Part shown: piece by piece, positions 27,027-36,500 of the stretch
How the letters are laid out: the number at the start of each line of letters is the position of its first letter
Position numbering within the stretch: the stretch's first letter is position 1
Assembly: GCA_964468965.1 (NCBI GenBank)
Contig: CAYXXA010000004.1
Coordinates: 1-43,061, forward strand
DNA: 43,061 bases
Source: an uncultured Candidatus Peribacteria bacterium
Lineage (GTDB): Bacteria; Patescibacteriota; Gracilibacteria; UBA4473
Direction: 5' to 3'
Position numbers and translations under genes: made by a program
The notes under the pieces: generated by a model
What the model was told of the DNA's origin: nothing
The model's input: the letters and a program-made list of their open reading frames with translations, nothing else
Databases searched by the model: none

Positions 27027-28010
27027 ATGAAGAACCTCTGGCTCGGACTCCTTGTATTGATACTTCCTCTTTCTGGTTTTGCTCAAAGCCTAGAACTAGA
27101 AGTTATTCGAACTGAATCGGCTCCAGGTTTTTTTGCTGTCCGAATTTTTCCTGATCCAGAGCTCAAAGAAATCAATATGGAAGATGTTTTTGTTAAAAAT
27201 TTTTCAAAAGAGGAAGCGCCCATTTATCATGATCTCATTTCAATTCTAGAAGAACTTGATGGAACCGTTATCCGTCTCGATCAATTACCGCAATACACCC
27301 TTCCGACCAACCGAATAATTCTGCTTGGAGGAAAACCTCATGGAGATTTTGTTTATTTTAAACCACAGCATAAGACGAAAATTTTAGAAGAATTTGATGC
27401 GTTTGCGGCGAAAAACCTTGGACCTCCAATTCTCATGAATATCACGGCTGATTTCGGCGGTAATGTTACTGATGTTTACCCCAAAAGAATAATCGCTATG
27501 ACCGATAAACCTGTTTTTTTCGTTGGAAAATTTACCGATCCCATCAAAACCAAAATGACGGTTACCGCACTTACACATGAAGGTGAAATTATGGCAGAAA
27601 CCGCCCTGCATCTTGAAAAGTATGAACCTAGTGCTTTTTCTGAAGCACTTCCCGAAATATGGGAGGAAGTCTACCAATCCAAACAGGCACAAAAAGAAAA
27701 TTCTAAACTAAGTTTTTATTTTGAAAAAGCCTTTCCTTGGATTCTCGGACTTTTGGGAATCATTTTACTCGTTTTTACGGTTAGCAGGCATTCAACTTTT
27801 ACACCACCTAAAAATCCTAAGACTAAACTTCCAAAAAACAAACAGCCAAAGGAGGTCCATAATACTCAGGATTTAGAGTCTGACTTAGCTAAGGTTCCTG
27901 AAGGATTCTGGCATCAACCCAAAGAAAAAGTAGACTCATCACTCCCCTTTTCAGAAAAACAATCAAAAACAACCGAAAGTATGGTAAAAGATTTTTATAC
28001 AAAAAAATAG
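27027..28010 (+). CDS. Hypothetical secreted protein with a C-proximal TM anchor and Lys/Pro-rich tail
   Basis: Signal peptide MKNLWLGLLVLILPLSGFAQS and TM segment FPWILGLLGIILLVFTV. The segment ADFGGNVTDVYPKRIIAMTDKPVFFVGKF weakly recalls the C-terminal region of VIT/vWA-type surface proteins (low confidence). Confidence 0.6.
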   Translation: MKNLWLGLLVLILPLSGFAQSLELEVIRTESAPGFFAVRIFPDPELKEINMEDVFVKNFSKEEAPIYHDLISILEELDGTVIRLDQLPQYTLPTNRIILLGGKPHGDFVYFKPQHKTKILEEFDAFAAKNLGPPILMNITADFGGNVTDVYPKRIIAMTDKPVFFVGKFTDPIKTKMTVTALTHEGEIMAETALHLEKYEPSAFSEALPEIWEEVYQSKQAQKENSKLSFYFEKAFPWILGLLGIILLVFTVSRHSTFTPPKNPKTKLPKNKQPKEVHNTQDLESDLAKVPEGFWHQPKEKVDSSLPFSEKQSKTTESMVKDFYTKK

Positions 28011-28556
28011 CTACTCCCACAATCCTAGAGCCCGACTTCGTGCTATCTGCTCTGCTTCAAGAAATTCATCTTTTTTATCAAAATCAAACTTCCGATAGAC
28101 TCTCGCAAAACCACCCAGTACCATTTCAAGGTTTAGATTTTCGCCTTTTTCATTATACACATACGCCAACCGTCGATCATACTTGTCATAAGCATCACTC
28201 TTGGTGTCTCCGAGTAAGCAAACTCGATCTACATTATCTAAAAACTCATGCATTTGACGTGAGGCTTCTGGTCCAAAGAACTGTTCTGTCGTGTATGGTC
28301 CATCGATTTCAGGGGTATTGATCCCAATATACCGAACCTTTACCCCATTTTGTAATCGAATTGTATCACCATCTAAAACTCGTCCCATAGCCTGCCAATC
28401 ACAGTCTTCTGGAAAAACCTGAACAGATTTCGTTACCTTTTCTCTTTTTTCTTTTGGATTTGAAGAAAAGCTCTCAAAACGATCCGTTTCTCGAAAAAAA
28501 GACAGCCCAATAATAAGGGACAGAAAAACAAGAGAAATAATGAGTTTAAGATTCAT
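28011..28556 (-). CDS. Thermonuclease (staphylococcal nuclease, SNase family), membrane-anchored or secreted
   Basis: VLDGDTIRL...VRYIGINTPE, RLAYVY and ARSRALGLWE are the SNase motifs. It has an N-terminal hydrophobic anchor. The start is placed at the ATG at 28556; the listed ORF starts at a GTG. Confidence 0.85.
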   Translation of the reverse strand: MNLKLIISLVFLSLIIGLSFFRETDRFESFSSNPKEKREKVTKSVQVFPEDCDWQAMGRVLDGDTIRLQNGVKVRYIGINTPEIDGPYTTEQFFGPEASRQMHEFLDNVDRVCLLGDTKSDAYDKYDRRLAYVYNEKGENLNLEMVLGGFARVYRKFDFDKKDEFLEAEQIARSRALGLWE

Positions 28557-28592
28557 TATTAGGATTGTACCGAAAACAAAACACACTTAAAA

Positions 28593-28961
28593 CTATTTTT
28601 TAACAATTGCTCCCTCTGGATATGGTAGGGTAGATTGCTTGAGTAAAGCATCAATAGCAGATTTTATACCTGGACCCTCTAACGGGTATTCCTGCCCATT
28701 AATCTGTATACTATGAGGAGCAAGAGGTTGCTCCTCCTTCGCTATCATAATAGAGGTACATTTCTTCCCCTCACCTTGTATAGTCGTACATATTTTTGTG
28801 CTTGACGGAGAAGGTTCTACGACTTTTGAAACTCTGTCACTGACATTTTCTGCATGAGATTCAGGAATTTCTGCTGATTTGGCGGCATCTCCCAGGGCAA
28901 CTAAACCTGTTACAGTTGCTGCCGAGAGAATAGCTCTTTCAAATCTTTTGTGGAAGGTCAT
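28593..28961 (-). CDS. Small hypothetical secreted protein (122 aa)
   Basis: It has a signal-like N-terminus (AILSAATVTGLVALGDAAKSA). It lies directly upstream of the nuclease on the same strand. Confidence 0.5.
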   Translation of the reverse strand: MTFHKRFERAILSAATVTGLVALGDAAKSAEIPESHAENVSDRVSKVVEPSPSSTKICTTIQGEGKKCTSIMIAKEEQPLAPHSIQINGQEYPLEGPGIKSAIDALLKQSTLPYPEGAIVKK

Positions 28962-29014
28962 TTTTAAATTTTATTATAAATTACAGATACTTTTTAAATT
29001 ATTCTATATTTTTG

Positions 29015-29560
29015 TCAATTTTTTTCTAGAAAATACTCATGAATCCGTACTTCGCTACTTAGCTCTGGATGAAAACTCATGGCGACAAAACCTTCGCCCT
29101 CAATCAAAACGGGTTCTCCTTTGTACCTCGCTAGTATTTTAGTCTTCGTCAGTTTATCGTCAAGGATCAATTTAGGAGCACGGATAAATATTCCTTCCAG
29201 ATTTTCAAAAACAGTAGATTCCAAATTATCTACAAAAGAACTTTGCTGTGCTCCATAGGCATTTCTTTGCACCATAAATCCACAATCAGGAAATAATTTT
29301 GAGATTAAAATTGCTCCAGCACAGGTCCCTAATACGGATAATTGCTTACGGTTTATCGCTAACTGTAGGGCTTCCCACATCCCAAACGTTTTCAATAAGT
29401 TTTCCAACGTCGTTGATTCTCCACCAGGAATAATTAAATGCGTAATATCTTTAAGGGTTTCCTTTTCTCGAACCAGTACAAAATCCACACCCATCTTTTT
29501 TAAAATTTGTGCGTGTTCGGCAAATGAGCCTTGTAGCGCGAGAATTCCAACTTTTTCCAT
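29015..29560 (-). CDS. pdxT: Pyridoxal 5'-phosphate synthase, glutaminase subunit PdxT
   Basis: VGILALQGSFAEH, IIPGGESTT, GTCAG (catalytic Cys) and the FHPE motif. Confidence 0.92.
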   Translation of the reverse strand: MEKVGILALQGSFAEHAQILKKMGVDFVLVREKETLKDITHLIIPGGESTTLENLLKTFGMWEALQLAINRKQLSVLGTCAGAILISKLFPDCGFMVQRNAYGAQQSSFVDNLESTVFENLEGIFIRAPKLILDDKLTKTKILARYKGEPVLIEGEGFVAMSFHPELSSEVRIHEYFLEKN

Positions 29561-29586
29561 CTATTTTATGAGTATAATAAAGAACT

Positions 29587-30453
29587 TTAAACTGACCGTT
29601 CCGCAAACTTCACATCCAGTTTATCAATCTCTAGGCTTTTCATGGTTTCGCCCAGGTTTTCTGACACCTCACACAAAATTTCAGGTTTATCATAGTTCAT
29701 TGTTGCCTTTACAATAGCTCTTGCCATCTTGTCTGGATACTCTGAATCAAAAATACCAGAACCAACAAAAACCCCTTCTGCCCCAAACTGCATCATCATC
29801 GCCGCATCCGCTGGAGTAGCAATACCACCCGCAACAAAGGTTACCACTGGAAGCCTTCCCGCCTCCATAACAGTTTTAACCAGTTTTTCTGAAACACGAT
29901 ATTCTTTCGCTTTTTCCGCTATATTCTGATGATTAAGCGATTTGATGTCACGAAAAATAGAACGCCAGTGTCGCACTGCTTCCACCACATTCCCTGTCCC
30001 CGCTTCCCCTTTCGTTCGGATCATAGCCGCCCCCTCTTCTAATCGTCGCAACGCTTCGCCTAGGTTTCGAGCCCCACAAACAAAGGGAAGCTTGAAGTTA
30101 TGCTTATCAACATGAAACTCCTCATCTGCTGGCGTCAACACCTCCGACTCATCGATATAGTCAATATCACACATTTCTAAAATCTGCGCCTCAACAAAAT
30201 GCCCAACTCGAACCTTAGCCATAACCGGAATCGTAACGGCTTTTTTAATCTCCTTAATCATCACTGGATCAGACATCCGAGCCACTCCCCCATCCCTACG
30301 AATTTGTGACGGAATTCGCTCCAATGCCATTACCGCTACCGCTCCAGCTTTCTCTGCAATAATGGCCTGCTCAACATTCATCACATCCATGATAACACCA
30401 CCTTTCAGCATTTGAGCCAATCCTGTTTTGAGTTCGTATGTATTTTTTGACAT
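29587..30453 (-). CDS. pdxS: Pyridoxal 5'-phosphate synthase, lyase subunit PdxS
   Basis: [14 protein letters not shown]...[17 protein letters not shown]...R..GGVARM and [11 protein letters not shown]. The sequence is highly conserved PdxS throughout. Confidence 0.95.
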   Translation of the reverse strand: MSKNTYELKTGLAQMLKGGVIMDVMNVEQAIIAEKAGAVAVMALERIPSQIRRDGGVARMSDPVMIKEIKKAVTIPVMAKVRVGHFVEAQILEMCDIDYIDESEVLTPADEEFHVDKHNFKLPFVCGARNLGEALRRLEEGAAMIRTKGEAGTGNVVEAVRHWRSIFRDIKSLNHQNIAEKAKEYRVSEKLVKTVMEAGRLPVVTFVAGGIATPADAAMMMQFGAEGVFVGSGIFDSEYPDKMARAIVKATMNYDKPEILCEVSENLGETMKSLEIDKLDVKFAERSV

Positions 30454-30670
30454 TAATAAGGGTTAAAATATTCAATAACAGTTTAGAAAATTCTAAAAAA
30501 TTGTAAAATATCCTAAACCAAAATAATTAGAACAAACCTAGTTCGTAAAAGATTGAGAATTTTAAAATAAACAAACTAACAAAAAAACACTTAAAATCAT
30601 CTAACGAATCACCATTATTCTTTTAATTCTAACCTTACGCACTTTTTTACAGATTTTTCAGTTTATCTCA

Positions 30671-31525
30671 CTATTCCACCGACTGTAATTTCCCTACTAA
30701 GATCAATCGGTTTTTGTTTGTTCCAATTGGGGTACAAGTCATAAGCGTAATCTCTTTTTTGTCCTTTGGTTGTTCCAGAATTTCAACAGCTGTTGGCTTC
30801 ACGACTCTTTTTTCTTCCATTTTATAGGTGTATTTTTTCCCCTCCCAGTAGACTTCAACGATATCATTCACCTTCATTTCGTGAAGCAACGCAAACACAT
30901 CTTTATACCGACCTTTATCCCATGTGTAGTAAGAAGAGTGCCCTGTCAGAAAGAAATTTCCAAAATTTCCTGGCTCAGCCGAAACAGGATGAACAACTAC
31001 TCCATTTTGAAGCCCTTTTTGAATTGTTTTTTCTAGTTTTCTCCAGTTTCTATGAGGGGGAACCGTAATCAATGGAACATTTTTACCGATTCGAGGGATA
31101 ACAAGACGGTTATCTGACGGATAAACAGGCATTTTATCAAAAACTAACTTCGCCCGATTTCTGGGTTTTAGTTCTTTTTTTCTAAAAGTTACGGTTTCTT
31201 TTATTTTCTCTAGTTTTGGAGCCTTTGCAAAGGCTTTTGATTTTGATCGAACCTTATGTTTATTTTTTGATTCATGTCTATCTCCAGACAAATCATTAGA
31301 CTGCATAGCCGTTATATCTGCAATAACAGAACTCCGTAATGTTTTATACCGAAAACCAATAATCTCTGCATAAGCCGAGTAATTCATGACTAAATGCGTT
31401 ACCCCCCAAACACCAACTACCATGATGCAAAAATGTAAAATATCTTTCCACAATGGAGCTTTCTTTTTGAGTTCTGGTAGCTGAAATTCTGACATTTTTT
31501 TGTTTTTTTGAAAAAATCTGACCAT
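30671..31525 (-). CDS. Sortase family transpeptidase
   Basis: It has an N-terminal TM anchor, LTGHSSY (catalytic His region), ITLMTCTP (TLxTC catalytic Cys) and NRLILVG (Arg). An alternative start is at the ATG at 31495. Confidence 0.85.
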   Translation of the reverse strand: MVRFFQKNKKMSEFQLPELKKKAPLWKDILHFCIMVVGVWGVTHLVMNYSAYAEIIGFRYKTLRSSVIADITAMQSNDLSGDRHESKNKHKVRSKSKAFAKAPKLEKIKETVTFRKKELKPRNRAKLVFDKMPVYPSDNRLVIPRIGKNVPLITVPPHRNWRKLEKTIQKGLQNGVVVHPVSAEPGNFGNFFLTGHSSYYTWDKGRYKDVFALLHEMKVNDIVEVYWEGKKYTYKMEEKRVVKPTAVEILEQPKDKKEITLMTCTPIGTNKNRLILVGKLQSVE

Positions 31526-31624
31526 TGTATCAAATTACACAAAAAACGTCAACCAAAGGTAGTTGCAAAAAGCTAACTATAATTGTTTTATGTATAAAAC
31601 AAATAAACGTGCTAATACCCTAAA

Positions 31625-31879
31625 TTACTTAAATTTAACTGATTTCACCCTTAACCTATACTTTATTTTTCCTTTGAGTTTTGGAAGTTTTTGTATAAGT
31701 TTTTCATCCTTTTCAACATATCCGCCACGCCCTTTATTTTTTACATCTCCATCAAACACTAAAAGCCCGCCCTGTATCGTGAATCGTAAGAATTCCGATT
31801 GTTCCTTTTTTTGACCGGTTACGATTGAGGTTCTGATTGGCATGTACTGATTATAAGTATATAAAACAAAATATTCCAC
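31625..31879 (-). CDS. Hypothetical small basic protein; start uncertain
   Basis: The listed 121-aa ORF begins at a TTG that lies inside the U-tract of the rpsA terminator, so a downstream start is more likely. The GTG at 31879 is preceded by AAGGGGGA. The ATG at 31843 is another option. No motif recognised. Confidence 0.35.
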   Translation of the reverse strand: MEYFVLYTYNQYMPIRTSIVTGQKKEQSEFLRFTIQGGLLVFDGDVKNKGRGGYVEKDEKLIQKLPKLKGKIKYRLRVKSVKFK

Positions 31880-31988
31880 TTGATCCCCCTTTTTTCCAAA
31901 GAGGCAATAGAGAGGGGTTCTTGTGTACAAACTTCTTTTAATTCCACCTTTAAAATTAAAATTCTGTTGCCTCCTATGATTAGTTTTC

Positions 31989-32021
31989 AATAAAGAAAAG
32001 ACGCCCCCAGCGGGACGTCTC
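31989..32021 (-). terminator. Rho-independent terminator downstream of rpsA
   Basis: The minus-strand RNA is AGACGUCCC-GCUG-GGGGCGUCU, 9 bp with one G:U that would be a C:A mismatch on the plus strand. It is followed by UUUCUUUAUU. Confidence 0.7.
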
Positions 32022-32046
32022 TATATCTATTTTTCTATAATTTAGA

Positions 32047-33108
32047 TTAAACTTTTTCGAGTTCTAATCGATGAGCCGAAGTATTCACCGATTTTACTTT
32101 TCCGGTTAATATTTCTCCATCCTTGATCTGTCCAGTTAGATCTGAACCTCGTTCTACACCAAACTGATCAAGTCCAAACAATCCCTGCACATCTCGACTC
32201 ACTTCGATAAAAACACCATTATCATTCCATCGCGTAATTTTCCCTGTTACTTCCGATCCTTCCTGATACTTCTCAACATAAGAAACCCATGGATCTTCAC
32301 TCAACTGTTTAACTGAAAATGAAAGTTTCCCGTTATCTTTCCCAATAACAAGAACCTCAATTTTATCTCCCGTTGAGTAGTTTCGTCCTGGATCGGAAAC
32401 GTGTCCCCATTCTAGTTCTGAAACATGAACCAACCCTTCTATTCCACCGATAGTAACAAAGATTCCAAATTTAACAATTCCAGAAACTTCTCCTTCAACG
32501 GTATCTCCAATTTCAATATTTTTAAGAGTTTCCGCCATTTGCTCATCATGGGCTTTCTTTTCAGAAATAATAATTTTCCCTTCTTCCCGATTTACATTTA
32601 TCGCTTTCACAACAAACTCTTTCCCAACGTGTGATTGTAGTTTTCTGAGAATTTCACCACTATCAGCCCCTTCTACACGTGGGTAGTTTTTTGGCATTAA
32701 CTGAGAAACTGGCAAGAAGGCTTTAAGTCCCTTGTACCGAGCCATAAGTCCACCTTTATTAGCGTCTTCAATCTTAACCTTAATCGTTCTTTCTTCGTCC
32801 GCAATAGTATTAAGTTCTGCCCAAGCTGTATCCTGAGAAGCTCGTCGAAGAGACAGTACTACCAATCCCTGTTCGTTTTCTGGATCAATAATAGTAGCTT
32901 CAATTTCCGCTCCTTCCGTTATGTCTTCCTCTGAAGCATAAGCTCCGATTTCTCGCTTAGTAATCATCCCGGTCACTCCACCTTCTAACTCTAAAAGAAT
33001 TCGTGAAGCATTTGCATCAATCACCTTTCCTTTGATAGATTGTCCTACTCTAAAATTCACCAAACCGCTATCATCTTTGGCGAGTAGATTTTTCATTGTT
33101 GTTGCCAT
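32047..33108 (-). CDS. rpsA: 30S ribosomal protein S1 (four S1 domains)
   Basis: Four repeats of the S1 OB-fold pattern are present (G..I.G.V......G..V.L..G..G.......). Examples are VGQSIKGKVI, GKEFVVKAINV, IGDTVEGEVSGIVKFGIFV and GSEVTGKITRWNDNGVFIEV. Confidence 0.9.
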   Translation of the reverse strand: MATTMKNLLAKDDSGLVNFRVGQSIKGKVIDANASRILLELEGGVTGMITKREIGAYASEEDITEGAEIEATIIDPENEQGLVVLSLRRASQDTAWAELNTIADEERTIKVKIEDANKGGLMARYKGLKAFLPVSQLMPKNYPRVEGADSGEILRKLQSHVGKEFVVKAINVNREEGKIIISEKKAHDEQMAETLKNIEIGDTVEGEVSGIVKFGIFVTIGGIEGLVHVSELEWGHVSDPGRNYSTGDKIEVLVIGKDNGKLSFSVKQLSEDPWVSYVEKYQEGSEVTGKITRWNDNGVFIEVSRDVQGLFGLDQFGVERGSDLTGQIKDGEILTGKVKSVNTSAHRLELEKV

Positions 33109-33242
33109 ATTGTTTATTTAGCGCCATCTTAAATAATTATTACAGCCTTGATTCCCCATAATCTGAAGCGCCAGCACAGACTACATTTCCTCAAAAGCCT
33201 CGTGATTCTAGAAACGCCATCCATAATGTCAAGATATTCCCA

Positions 33243-33271
33243 TTGTAAAAATCCTCTTTTTTTGGTATAAT
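33243..33271 (+). promoter_or_regulatory. Near-consensus promoter TTGTAA-17-(TGG)TATAAT
   Basis: TTGTAA lies at 33243-33248, the 17-nt spacer ends in TGG (extended -10), and TATAAT lies at 33266-33271. It is 31 nt upstream of the ATG at 33303. Confidence 0.6.
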
Positions 33272-33302
33272 TGAGAGATAATTATAATCTATCACTAGAA
33301 AA

Positions 33303-33815
33303 ATGGAACCAAATACAAACCAGGTGAGACAAAAATATGGCATAAGCTTATTTTCTTGGGTTGCCCATGACTATCATCCTCATCAGCGAGGAATTCTTTG
33401 GTATATTGTTTTTTCTATTGCTTTTGGGGGAACCGCCGCTTGGGCATTCTTTGCCGATGAACACTTTGGTTGGATTACCTCATTTTGTATTTTAATGGTC
33501 GCGGCTATTTACTTTTGGACACACCGAAATGGAAATGAGGATCACGAAATCATCGGCTTTGAAAAAGGCATTCTTATTGATGGACGAACCTTTTTTAACT
33601 GGGATAAATTTGAAGGGTACTGGTTTGTCTATGACGAAACAGTCGCGGTGGTAAACTTTGAGTTCAAAGGCGGTAAGGGGAAAAAAATCACCCTTCAACT
33701 CGGTAGCGTAACGCCTGAAGAACTACGAGTACCACTAAAGGCACTAATGTTAGCCGAACTTCCCGAAAAAAAGGAAAGTCTATTAGATTTATGGATTCGA
33801 GCCTTAAAACTATAA
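33303..33815 (+). CDS. Hypothetical 2-TM membrane protein with a small C-terminal soluble domain
   Basis: The helices are ILWYIVFSIAFGGTAAWAFF and WITSFCILMVAAIYFW. The remainder looks beta-rich. The stop is 1 nt before the next ATG. Confidence 0.6.
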   Translation: MEPNTNQVRQKYGISLFSWVAHDYHPHQRGILWYIVFSIAFGGTAAWAFFADEHFGWITSFCILMVAAIYFWTHRNGNEDHEIIGFEKGILIDGRTFFNWDKFEGYWFVYDETVAVVNFEFKGGKGKKITLQLGSVTPEELRVPLKALMLAELPEKKESLLDLWIRALKL

Positions 33816-33816
33816 A

Positions 33817-36342
33817 ATGACAAAATTTCATGCCACTTTTGACAAAAATCTTCTAACTCAATGGTTTGAGGGTAATCAAGTAGCACCAAATAAACCAGAA
33901 TTTAGAAGACAATGTGAACTATTAAGGGAAAATATAGACCGTGTAGCTCTTTCTGAAAGTATTATTAAATCACTCGTAGAAAGATTGCCACAAACCTTTG
34001 AAATTCCTCTCAAAATACCAAAGGTAAATAACAGCACCTCTCGTGCTCCTTTTTTGGATTACTTAAAAAATATCACACAGAACGCAATGCAATGGAACTT
34101 TGATAAGGTTCCAAATATCGATATGACTAGGCTATCAACACACCTAGAAAAGCTAATCATGAAAAAAATAAATGAAAGAATTAAATCTCGATCAAGTCAA
34201 CATGTTGTTATCACACAAGATGAAATATCTGATATTTTCCGACTCTACTATGCAAGTGGCTGTAGTATACCCGTTCAACAAAAAACTACTGGTAAACCAG
34301 AAATAAAAACCAAACCAAAAACAAAGGAGATAAAAGATATCCCAGAAAGCAATAAAGTATCTGTTGTTCATCATGTCAAAGAACTCATCCTCAGTGGTCA
34401 AAAATTTGAGGTTCATCAATTCAGTGGAAATGCTGATATTTTACGTATAATCAAAGAAGTCACGGGAAAAACGGCTGGTCCGATTTCTGGTGCAGAACTT
34501 CGAAAAATAATCAGTGCCTATCCAGAAAAAATCATGGAAGTACGGCTTAAAAAAATGGGGCAATGGGAAGCCTTTAAAAATCAGTTCCCAGACTACAAGC
34601 AACGGTTTCAATCGATGTGGAATCAGGAAGCTATTGCGAGAAGTTTTCAACAAAAAGGAAAAAACGCTATGACTATTGCTGGCGTTACGTATGGACTGAC
34701 AACGATTTTTGGATTAGGTGGAGAGAATAGTAAATTTTTACATGAGCTAACCAATCTCAACGCCTGGAAAGAAAGTGGCAAAAAACCATGGAAACTCTGG
34801 CTATCCGCTGGACTTGGGGCTCAAATAGGAGGGATTCCTATTGCAGAAACTACCGCCTTAGCAGCTCGCTTTGGAATGAATACCCTTGGGCGGGTGTCTT
34901 ATACGGGGGCAAGTCTATTCGCCAACATGTTCAATGGGATAGAGGCTCTCAAAACCGTTATCACGGGAGGCGAAGTTACGGAACAAAAAATGGCACAAGA
35001 ATTGGCCGCGATGCTCCCAACGCTTCGTGATTTCTTTAAAGGGTCTGACAAGGTTTTATTAGAAAAGTTCTATCTCGAACAGACTGGCGAGATTTTATCT
35101 TTAAAGAAACCTGAAATTGATCGAATCGCTTACCTTACCGTTGCCACATCATCCGCCCTCATCGACAACAATGACACCAATCTCAATACGTCAAAGCCAT
35201 GGAAACTCGCTCAACTACAATCCGCCGTTGATATTTCGGCTCTAGCCTTATCCAGACATCCAAATCCACAATACCGAGAAGATTTTCAAAAGGCGGTTAA
35301 TAAGTATATCGCTCAGCAACGGGCTAAAAAACTAAAACCACTCTTTTCCCTTAATGCTAAAGGAATCGAAATCGGTGAAATCACCAAGATCCTCAACAAT
35401 GAGAGTTTTGATAATAAATTTGAAAAAGGAGCGCGAAAAGTCCTCGCAATGATGTCGACTGATGAACAAAAATCAATCATACAAATGCTTTCTAGCAATG
35501 GACTTTCGGGTATGTTGGTTATGGCCTTTATTTTCATACAGGGATCTCTTTCCGCAATACAGGGTATTATGTATTTAGGGGGAAAGGCTTTTGGCGAAAA
35601 ATCGGAAAAAGAAAAACCAGACGAAGAAGGTGATGCCGCCACAAATGCCAACAAAACTCTTACCAAAGACCCAGAAAAGGTTGATAAAAACGAATGGAAA
35701 CGATTTGTTACCAATCTAAAAACAACAGAACTGATCAACAATAAGAAAGATTTTAAAACTCTTAAAAAACTACCCCCTAAAAAATATAAGCTTCTGCTCA
35801 AAGAGCTTAATGACATAAAATTTTCTGCCACCACCGCCCGTAATCTTCCCGAATTTTCTAAAATGCAAAGGCTCCTTAAAACAGGGGTCAAAAGCATCCT
35901 TGAAAAGGAGCTAAAAATGAAACCATTAGGCGAAGTCGATAAACAACGGAAGAAACAAATTTCAGACGTTTATTTCCTGAAACTTTATATGGAAAAAAAG
36001 CTTACCGAAAAGAAAGACTACTGGACCTATGATGGTTTTTGGGGTGGGATTAAAAATATGGTTAAAAGCCCAGCGGTTTTTCTGCATAATACGTCAAAAT
36101 CCGTCCTTAACCGTGCCAAAGTTTTTGCCAATCTCCGCATAACAAATACGGGGTATGCTAAAAAAATATTGAGCAATGCAGGCGTACCAAGTTCTCAGCT
36201 AAAATTATTAGCCAAAACTAATAAGATCAATAAAGAGCGAGTAAGACAGATCATCAAAGTTGCCGATGACACACTTAAGATCTATGCCCAAAATCCTAAA
36301 GGGGAAATAATATTGGATGAATTATCATCAACATCAAAGTAA
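33817..36342 (+). CDS. Large hypothetical membrane protein (841 aa) with Gly-rich hydrophobic segments and a Lys-rich tail
   Basis: The ORF is long and uninterrupted, and translationally coupled to the upstream gene (TAAaATG). Hydrophobic Gly/Ala-rich segments lie around aa 286-305, 328-355 and 558-585. No catalytic or family motif recognised. Confidence 0.7.
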   Translation: MTKFHATFDKNLLTQWFEGNQVAPNKPEFRRQCELLRENIDRVALSESIIKSLVERLPQTFEIPLKIPKVNNSTSRAPFLDYLKNITQNAMQWNFDKVPNIDMTRLSTHLEKLIMKKINERIKSRSSQHVVITQDEISDIFRLYYASGCSIPVQQKTTGKPEIKTKPKTKEIKDIPESNKVSVVHHVKELILSGQKFEVHQFSGNADILRIIKEVTGKTAGPISGAELRKIISAYPEKIMEVRLKKMGQWEAFKNQFPDYKQRFQSMWNQEAIARSFQQKGKNAMTIAGVTYGLTTIFGLGGENSKFLHELTNLNAWKESGKKPWKLWLSAGLGAQIGGIPIAETTALAARFGMNTLGRVSYTGASLFANMFNGIEALKTVITGGEVTEQKMAQELAAMLPTLRDFFKGSDKVLLEKFYLEQTGEILSLKKPEIDRIAYLTVATSSALIDNNDTNLNTSKPWKLAQLQSAVDISALALSRHPNPQYREDFQKAVNKYIAQQRAKKLKPLFSLNAKGIEIGEITKILNNESFDNKFEKGARKVLAMMSTDEQKSIIQMLSSNGLSGMLVMAFIFIQGSLSAIQGIMYLGGKAFGEKSEKEKPDEEGDAATNANKTLTKDPEKVDKNEWKRFVTNLKTTELINNKKDFKTLKKLPPKKYKLLLKELNDIKFSATTARNLPEFSKMQRLLKTGVKSILEKELKMKPLGEVDKQRKKQISDVYFLKLYMEKKLTEKKDYWTYDGFWGGIKNMVKSPAVFLHNTSKSVLNRAKVFANLRITNTGYAKKILSNAGVPSSQLKLLAKTNKINKERVRQIIKVADDTLKIYAQNPKGEIILDELSSTSK

Positions 36343-36500
36343 CAGCTACTTTCTTTTCGAAGAAAAGGTAAATCCCTCTAGCAAATCTACCTTCCCATGC
36401 TTTTCCAAAAATTTTTTTAATAAATCCTCAAAAGATCCTGGTAAACTTCCATGCGAAGAAGGTCCTCTGTATATAACGAAAATTATATCATCAAAAAACG

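Noticed and set aside
30671-31525. A sortase substrate (LPXTG-type sorting signal) encoded in the window.
   Set aside because: I scanned the exported proteins called here (216, 327, 122, 105, 198, 684 and 841 aa) by eye. I found no LPxTG-like motif followed by a C-terminal hydrophobic segment and basic tail, so any substrates must be encoded elsewhere or use a divergent signal.
31563-31814. 83-aa plus-strand ORF in the sortase-rpsA spacer.
   Set aside because: It is a Phe/Ser/Pro/Asn low-complexity translation that overlaps the more plausible minus-strand ORF, and it has no start context.
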